Positions 35,032-42,179 of a stretch of DNA of 42,179 bases are shown in pieces. The DNA lies in the NCBI RefSeq assembly GCF_006345805.1, contig NW_021835216.1, forward strand, positions 1 to 42,179, in the 5' to 3' direction. Both the position numbers and the translations under genes were made by a program. The DNA comes from Octopus sinensis (taxonomy: Eukaryota). The number at the start of each line of letters is the position of its first letter. The first letter of the stretch is position 1. The notes under the pieces are model-generated. The model saw only the letters and a program-made list of their open reading frames with translations, did no database searches and was not told where the DNA came from.

Positions 35032-35227
35032 ATAGATAAGAGGTCCCGTGTAATGCCAAGAATTCGAATTCAAATCGAGGCAGAGTTTGAAAACATTTCT
35101 ACTATGCAAATGGAGAACGTGCTTGTCCACAACAAATTCAGACCTGGTCTCAGAATTATCCCTGAACCAAATCCACTTCCGATGGTTAACGATTACCAGT
35201 TTATATGGAACTTCAGCGACGTACAAA
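35032..35227 (+). CDS. Third coding exon (phase 0-1): IDKRSRVMPRIRIQIEAEFENISTMQMENVLVHNKFRPGLRIIPEPNPLPMVNDYQFIWNFSDVQ
   Basis: Branch-like GCTAAT, acceptor TTTGACCTTTCAG and donor AAA|GTAAGT. Only frame 0 is open from the acceptor, matching exon 2. Confidence 0.75.
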
Positions 35228-35559
35228 GTAAGTTACATAAATATTAGTGAAGTACTTTGGTATACTAAAACGACACCATTACGTCAAATAGGTCTATGGT
35301 GAGATTATGCTTCAATGGTGATGAGACAGGTATAAGACCGAAACATGACCAAAGATGTCTCTGGTACCGGACAAGAAAATTAAAATCTCACCCATCATTG
35401 ATAAATTTGCATTTAATATAAATTTGTGAAGGTAAATTTGTATATTTTACCTTCTAACTTTATTTGTTTCAGTAAAAGGTGCGGGTACAAAAACAGATAA
35501 AAAGACAGACAGACAGATTGACAGACACACACACACGCGCACACGTATATAAACGACAG

Positions 35560-35708
35560 CCTCCACACAGTTCCCGTCAACCAAATTAACTCGCAAGGCA
35601 TTTATTGGCTTGGTGTTATAGCAGAAGACAGTTGCCCAAGGTGCCGCGCAATGGGATTGAACCTGAAACCAGTTAGTTGCAAAGCGACCTTCTTAAACAC
35701 ACAGTCAT
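35560..35708 (-). mobile_element. Degenerate SINE family B head
   Basis: AGAAGACAGTTGCCCAAGGTGCCGCGCAATGGGATTGAACC resembles the family B head. Confidence 0.7.
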
Positions 35709-36280
35709 AACTACACTAGTGTTCCATGTCAATAAACGAATAAGTATGATTAATAACTAGGTAAGCATGTGACTATGGGATAAAGACAGCGTCCATGATC
35801 CTTCATTGAGGGTCCAAGGTTGTTAGAAAGGAAAGAAGGAGGAAAGTTTCACTATTCTCAAAGTGGAGACTTGGCCCAATAGCTTACAGAAGGAATTCTG
35901 CTAAAGCTATCAAAGGTACTAGGTACTGATGTGAACACGGGCGATGGATTTCCTCTAGTATCGCAGACAGCCACAGCAGTATTTCAACTGAGGACGCAGA
36001 AATGGAAGAAACAGCATAAATAGATCTAATCTGGTGTTCTGAGAGTTTCGTCAATCTACTTGGATTTTTTCAGTGTTTTATCGACTCCGATAGCATACAT
36101 ACATACATAATACATACATACATACATGCATACATACATACATACATACATACATAAAATACTACGTACCGTACGTACGTACGCCACATACATAACATAC
36201 ATACATTCATACGTACGTACGTTACGTACTACATTACATACACATATACATACATACATACATACATAAAACATACATAT

Positions 36281-36461
36281 GATGGCTGCCCCCTCGTTAT
36301 CGAGTATGGCCATTGCACGAAGCTTAACAGTTATTGGTGCTGTGATCGAATGTGACTTTTTAGCCCAGCTAAAGATCCACAATGTCTTGTACAGAATTGG
36401 CAGCTAAAACTAAAACCGGCAACCCCACCAAACTTGCTTGGTGAGGAGGGTGTTTATTGGA
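36281..36461. mobile_element. Rearranged family G copy embedded in (ACAT)n
   Basis: 36282-36327 matches 9192-9237 directly; 36413-36461 matches 9619-9667 inverted. Confidence 0.7.
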
Positions 36462-36515
36462 CGTACACACATACATACATGCATACATGCATGCATGCAT
36501 GCATGCATACATATA

Positions 36516-36549
<34 letters not shown>

Positions 36550-37050
36550 CATACATACATACATATATACATACATACGTACATGCATACACATATAATA
36601 TTCTTTTATTAAGATGGCGCATTATGTCGGCTACGTTGGATGTAATCACTAGGACAGCTTGATATATTAGGGGTTAAAGATTATTAGCTGGGTGACCAAC
36701 TTTGGACATTAAGGGAAAATTAGCTAAGCAACTTTTATGTATGTTTCAAGTTACGTAACAAACATTGTTTTGGTTATGAAACATATGTAGTCTTTATTTA
36801 CCCTTTCCATTCCTTACATTTTTGAATTTTTATTCACACTTTTAGCAGCTTCAGTTGCAAAACCATGAATTTTATGGTGACTGACAGTTTATCGAAATTT
36901 CCTTTTATTTCAGTATGGGACGAAACGTGTAACTTTCAACGGTTAATAAAACATTTTGTCACCTACATTAGCTGTATACATGATAGACACTCTCTAAATT
37001 CCTACATTAGGAACTTTACATCGTACTAACCTATTACTACATGTATTCAT

Positions 37051-37320
37051 ATGTGGTTGTGTGGTAAGAAGCTTGTCTCCCGATAACATGGTTCCGTGTT
37101 CAGTCCCACTGTGTGGTATGTTAGGCAAATGTCTTCTACTATAGTCTCAGGTCGACAAAAGCTTTGTGAGAGGATTTGGATTAACTAGAACCTGTCGTAT
37201 ATGTGTGTGTTGTGTGTGTGCGCGCGCGCGCGCGAGCGTGTGTGAGTCTGCGCCTGTTCCCCGTCACCATTTTTGTGTTTACGTTCCAGTATCTTAGCGG
37301 TTCGGCAAAAGACACAATTT
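37051..37320 (+). mobile_element. Degenerate SINE family B
   Basis: GTGGTTGTGTGGTAAGAAGCTTG...TTCAGTCCCACTG...TTAGCGGTTCGGCAAAAGA. Confidence 0.75.
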
Positions 37321-38014
37321 GAATAAGAACTTTTTAACTTGGTTCCATGAAACAAATTACTTGGGCGAATTGGCACAAAAAGATTAGTGATATTTATAAC
37401 TAATTATGCTAGTTTCTATACTTTGTAAAGTATATTTACATTCTGGGTTCGAATCCTGCTAGGTCGGCTACTAATTCTTTTTAACTTGGTACCATGGAAT
37501 AAATTTGGTGGGTGAGTTGGCACAAAATACTTAGTCATATTTCTGACTAAATACGCCAGAAGTTCAAATTCCGCCGTGGTCAACTGGGCCTTTTAATCCT
37601 TGGAGTGGAAATAGAAAGAATATCAGACTCATACTGGGGGTCGATGCAGTTGACTTGTTCCCCGCCTTTCCCATTTAAAATTTTTATCCTTGAATTCTGC
37701 AACGGACAAGGGTCTCGTATAAGGGAATTGTTGTGAATACAGCCATTTATATGCTGTGGGAAACCGGGTAACAAGATTTAAGAGTTCTGGGGCTGAACAA
37801 ATATTTATAAAAAAATGAAAAAAATCTACCAATCCAATATTGAGGTCCTGTGCTAATCAGCATTGCTAATATAATGATCCTTATTTTTTTAAAATTTTCA
37901 ATTAAAATATACCACTACCACCACCAACGCTACTACTACTATGGTTACCTCTACGTGCATGGTGCCAACAACCACAACTACCACAACAACAACAACAACA
38001 AAAACGACATACAG

Positions 38015-38109
38015 ATATCAGTATGGATTATACAGCAGAACCTAACAGAGGAGCAAGGGATACTTTCTTCACCGATTTCACCATAATTGAATCTTCGAAT
38101 AATTTGCCT
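38015..38109 (+). CDS. Candidate further exon (phase 1-0): (N)ISMDYTAEPNRGARDTFFTDFTIIESSNNLP
   Basis: Strong donor CCT|GTGAGT and an open frame compatible with the phase-1 end of exon 3. The acceptor CATACAG lacks a polypyrimidine tract. Confidence 0.3.
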
Positions 38110-38213
38110 GTGAGTTATCAAAAGTTATTTTTTTTCTATTCTTCTTTCACAAAACTTTTTTCCAATTAATATTAGCAATCCATTCTTACTTCACAGCTAA
38201 CGAAATTATTGTG

Positions 38214-38271
<58 letters not shown>

Positions 38272-38712
38272 TATATAGATAATACAATATATATATATAC
38301 AATTAGAAAACCCCCACCTTTTATCAATTCAAACTGAACATTAAATTACACCATCTGGAAAATTACATATAATAGAAATATTAAAAATTTTATACATATA
38401 TATAATATAGATAGTATGTGGTGTGTATGTATGTATGTATGTATATAATATTATATGTATACATACATATATAAATATATTATATATATATATATAATAT
38501 AATATTATATATATTATATTATATTGTGTGAAATTTGATTTAGTATCTCTAATGAATTTTTTTCCTTGTAAGTTTGGATCTTATTCCCTCAAATAATAAT
38601 CATATTATCTATATATATATATATATAGTATATAGTGTGTGTGTGTGTGTGTGTGTGTGTTTATGTCCGGTGTTTGTAACATTAAACGATTGAATATAAT
38701 CAATAGTATGTA

Positions 38713-39037
38713 GGAGCACTCTGTCGGTTACGACGACGAGGGTCCCAGCAGATACGATCAATGAAACAGCCTGCTCGTGAAATTAACGTGCAAGTGACTG
38801 AGCGATCCACAGACACGCGTACCCCTAACGTAGTTCTCAGGGTGGCTCAGCGTGACACAGAGTGTGACAAGGCCAGCCCTTTGAAATACAGGTACAACTA
38901 ATTTTTGCCAGCTGATTGGACTGAAGCAACGTGAAATAAAGTGTCTTGCTCAAGGACACAACGCATCACCGGGAATCGAACTCACGACCTTACCATCGTG
39001 AGCCGAATGCCCTAACCACTAAGCCACGCGCCTTCAC
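38713..39037 (-). mobile_element. SINE family E with a 9-bp TSD
   Basis: TAGTATGTA at 38704-38712 and 39044-39052. Homologous to 2120-2447. Confidence 0.85.
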
Positions 39038-39240
39038 AATCAGTAGTATGTATCGCTGAAACAAATGGCACCAGTAGACTGGTGGAATAAGGTAATATAA
39101 AATGGAAAGGGGTCAAACTGTTTTTAGGCTGTCTGCATCGCCGTCAGTGCTCACATACTAAGAGGTGGTAACCTTGTGGTTATACAATCGAGATTTAACC
39201 GTAATCCCTTCGGGTTTCTTTCTTGGGTTACAGAGTAAAC

Positions 39241-39594
39241 GTGGCCGCTCTGTTGGCAGTGTGCACCAATGAAGACCAGAAATCAGTGACCTAATTTCAC
39301 TGGTCTGAAGGCATTTCCGAGGATAAAATTTGTCGCAGGTATCAGTATCGTGCGGGTACAGCGTTGTACCACGTAGAAGTGTGTGTGAGAGAATAGAGAT
39401 GTTTTAAAATGCTCAGACAGGCGTGATGCAAGGAGGGCGATTCATTTTCCTCGAGATATTGTACTGGCAAATTGAATAGTGACCATCGCTGTGGGTGCAT
39501 GTTCTGTACAAAATTTGTCATGACTCTGCATACGAAAGCATCCACGACAAGCTCCGCTTTCCGTAAAGCTAGTGTATGTTGGGACCCAAGAGAA
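39241..39594 (+). mobile_element. Mariner transposase relic, N-terminal HTH region through the WVP motif
   Basis: Across stops and frameshifts it reads AALLAVCTNEDQKSVT*FHWSEGISEDKICRR/..SVVPRRSVCERIEMF and HDSAYESIHDKLRF/RKASVCWDPRE. This matches the mariner pattern CTKEEQRSVIRFLWSEG...IHDRLGFRKVCARWVP. Confidence 0.8.
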
Positions 39595-39704
39595 ATTATC
39601 GAAGCGTATAGGAGATTTATCTCTATAAATATAACAGTAAATTGAAAAATTTAGGAAAAAAATGAATACAAAGATAACTCAGCAGAGTTTATTGGAAAAC
39701 ATAA

Positions 39705-40110
39705 GCAGGAGTGGCTGTGTGGTAAGTAGCTTGCTTACCAACCACATGGTTCCGGGTTCAGTCCCACTGCGTGGCACTTTGGGCAATTGTCTTCTACTAT
39801 AGCCTCGGGTCGACCAAAGCCTTGAAGTAAAATATTATATTTAAACAATTGTTTAAACCTCGCCAAGATAAATATTTAAACCACCTGATGAATGACTGTG
39901 ACATGAAAATTTAAAGAAATTACAGCCATGAAACGATCGTAGTGATATATATAATTATATTTTTTAATAATTTTGTTATATATTTTAAATAATATACATT
40001 AAATAATCTCATGTATTGGCTTAAGTTTTTCATTGTATGATTTGCCTAATAGTGTTTTGTCTCTAATTAATATAATATAATATATATTTATATATATATA
40101 TATATATATA

Positions 40111-40152
<42 letters not shown>

Positions 40153-40370
40153 TGTGTGTGTGTGTGTGTCTGTGTGTCGTGTTTGTCCCCCTAGCATTGC
40201 TTGACAACCGATGCTGGCGTGTTTACGTCCCCGTAACTTTGCGGTTCGGCAAACGAGACCTATAGAATAAGTACTGGGCTTACAAAGAATAAGTTCCGGG
40301 GTCGATTTGCTCGACTAAAGGCGGTGCTCCAGCATGACCGCAGTCAAATGACTTGAAACAAGTAAAAGAG
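39705..40370 (+). mobile_element. SINE family B split by an AT-rich insert of about 250 bp (about 39824-40075)
   Basis: Head at 39705-39823 and tail at about 40150-40370. The central GTGGATTTGGTAGACGGAAACTGAAAG block is missing. Confidence 0.85.
39882..39944 (+). ncRNA. Type I hammerhead ribozyme with an intact catalytic core
   Basis: CAC-CTGATGA-ATGACTGTGA-(18-nt loop)-TTACAGCCAT-GAAA-C-GATC-G-T-A-GTG. Stem I is CAC/GTG, stem II is 10 bp with one mismatch, stem III is AC/GT capped by palindromic GATC, and the GUA cleavage triplet is at 39939-39941. Confidence 0.7.
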
Positions 40371-40494
40371 GGAAAAAAAACAAATGAACTTTTAATAGCA
40401 ACATCAGAGCCCTTCCACGTGGGCCCCATTGGTTATATGTAATACATTTAGACGATACTCAATTCCTGGCCACGTGTGTTGGCGGATCCCTTAT

Positions 40495-40739
40495 TCAATG
40501 TTGGATACGGCTTAGCTTATTTTTTCCCCTCGAGGCCATTGAGGTTTCGAACTCTTGCTCGATTGGTTCTGTTTTAATGTGGCTCCATAAGAAGAAGAAA
40601 TCTAGAGGGATTACTTCTGTTGACATAGGTGGCCAGGGATCTGAGGCACCTCTTCCTATCCAACGGTTTGGGAAAGATTTCATTAAGAAACTCCCGGGCG
40701 CTTTAACCCCAAATGAGGTGGCGCACCATTTTGTTGGAA
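40495..40739 (-). mobile_element. Tc1/mariner-superfamily transposase relic, catalytic region
   Basis: FQQNGAPPH../REFLNEIFP/NRWIGRGASDPWPPMSTEVIPLDFFFLWSHIK matches the QQDGAPPH...RWIGR...WPPRSPDLTPLDFFLWG signature. Confidence 0.85.
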
Positions 40740-40788
40740 AATAACTTTAGTTTATTCAATATGCAAAGAAGTCAGTTAACGAATTTCA

Positions 40789-41165
40789 TCTCTCTCTATA
40801 TAAACGGCAAAATGTCTGTCTGTGTGTGCGTGTGCGTATCCTTTATACAAATCCACAATTTTTCAGTTAGAGGGCTCGCACTTTCCATGGTCATTCAAAA
40901 CCGTCCAAGGGTGGTCGTGCACATTTTTACATTTCCCCAGTCACGCAGCAAAGCCACTAAAAAAATCAATAGAAGTGACTATTTTGTGAATTTTCTATCC
41001 AAAACCCAATCAAAATGCCCGAAACTTGATACGCCAATTGAATGCCAGCTAGCTGTATGTGATTGGTCGGAGATTTGGACAGTATTTGCGTGTATGTGCG
41101 CACGCACGCAGCTGTATATGCATGCACTAGCACCATGACCCGGCGTTGCCGAGTCATTGTGCTAG
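40789..41165 (+). mobile_element. Putative non-autonomous Helitron-type element
   Basis: 5' A|TC..CTATATAAAC, internal (TG)n, and a 3' hairpin GACCCGGC-GTT-GCCGAGTC followed by CTAG. The next base is G, not the expected T. Confidence 0.55.
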
Positions 41166-41339
41166 GTTTTGATAAATACAATCAGTTATTTTATGGACAC
41201 CTTGTAGAAAACATAATATGAAAATAAAAGAAAATATATTGCAGACGCTCGTACGTTTCTGATACTTCTTCATAGCTTATGCATAGAAGAAAAAAAATGT
41301 TCTCATAGGAGTCTTGTCTACATAAATATATAAGTACAT

Positions 41340-41975
41340 CAAAGCGGTGAGCTGGCAGAAACGTTAGCACGCCGGGCGAAATGCTTAGCCGTATTTCGTC
41401 TGTCTTTACGTTCTGAGTTCAAATTCCGCCGAGGTTGACTTTGCCTTTCATCCTTTCGGGGTCGATTAAATAAGCACCAGTTACGCACTGGAGTCGATAT
41501 AATCGACTTAATCCGTTTGTCTGTCGTTGTTTGTCCCCTTTGTCTGTAACCCCTTGTGGGCAGTAAAGAAATAAGAAACGTTAGCACGCAGGGTGAAATG
41601 CTTAGCGGTATTTCGTCTGTCTTTACGTTCTGAGTTCAAATTCCGCCGAGGTCGACATTGTTTTTCATCCTTTTGGGGTCGATAAATTGAGTACCAGTTG
41701 CGTACTGGGATCGATCTAATCGACTGGCCCCTTACCCCAAAATGTCGGGCCTTGTGCCTAGAGTAGAAAATATTGGAGGCGGCGAGCTGGTAGAAACTTT
41801 AGCGGGCCGGGCGAAATGCTTAGTGGTATTTCATCTGTTTTTTACGTTCTGAGTTCAAATTCTGCCGAAGCCGATTTTGCCTTTCATTGTTTCGGGGTCG
41901 ATAAATTAAGTACCAGTTGTGTACTGGAGTCGATCTAATCAACTGGTCCCCTCCCCTTGTGCCTAGAGTAGAAAC
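41340..41975 (+). mobile_element. Three tandem family C SINEs
   Basis: Three copies of GAAATGCTTAG..GTATTTC.TCTGT.TTTACGTTCTGAGTTCAAATT. Confidence 0.9.
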
Positions 41976-41988
41976 GAATATAATAGTA

Positions 41989-42056
41989 CATCATCATCAT
42001 CATCATCTTCGTCGTCGTCGTCGTCATCATCATCATCATCATTATCATCATCGTCA
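41989..42056 (+). repeat. (ATC)n/(GTC)n microsatellite
   Basis: Directly visible. It is the source of the poly-Asp ORF. Confidence 0.95.
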
Positions 42057-42179
42057 TTTAAAATTTGTTGACTAAACTTTCTAACTAATCGAAGCTCTTC
42101 AAAAGTAATCCAATTTTTATCTTTTAACCACAGAATAAAACAAAGACGCAAATAGGCATGCTGTATTGCCTGGAAATGA

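Noticed and set aside
34990-35302. Overlapping minus-strand ORF (34990-35226) and second plus frame (35087-35302)
   Set aside because: Splice signals support only the plus frame-0 exon. The others lack acceptors and look like shadow frames.
35760-36050. Non-repetitive purine-rich segment with an open frame (GILLKLSKVLGTDVNTGDG...)
   Set aside because: The acceptor is weak and there is no convincing donor. It could be a decayed retroelement, but no motif could be assigned.

Overview
AT-rich, microsatellite-dense metazoan genomic DNA. It is most likely from an octopus or other coleoid cephalopod, inferred from a mollusc-type 5S rRNA copy and SINE families I recall from Octopus genomes; I ran no search. 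Most of the window is repeat. There are several tRNA-derived SINE families, a near-full-length dead Dong/R4-type non-LTR retrotransposon (13877-17812, minus), a second 5'-truncated Dong/R4 copy, a CR1/L2-group LINE 3' end, two Tc1/mariner relics, several MITEs, Penelope-type fragments carrying hammerhead ribozyme motifs, and two 5S rRNA pseudogene pieces. Within the repeats is the 5' part of a plus-strand spliced gene. Three exons (CDS 28594-28779, 31100-31249, 35032-35227) have canonical, phase-compatible splice sites and join into an open 177-codon frame. That frame has a signal peptide/anchor, four N-glycosylation sequons and a weak resemblance to periplasmic-binding-protein type 1 receptor ectodomains. 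Most ORFs in the supplied track are microsatellite translations. Family letters A-G are my own working labels.
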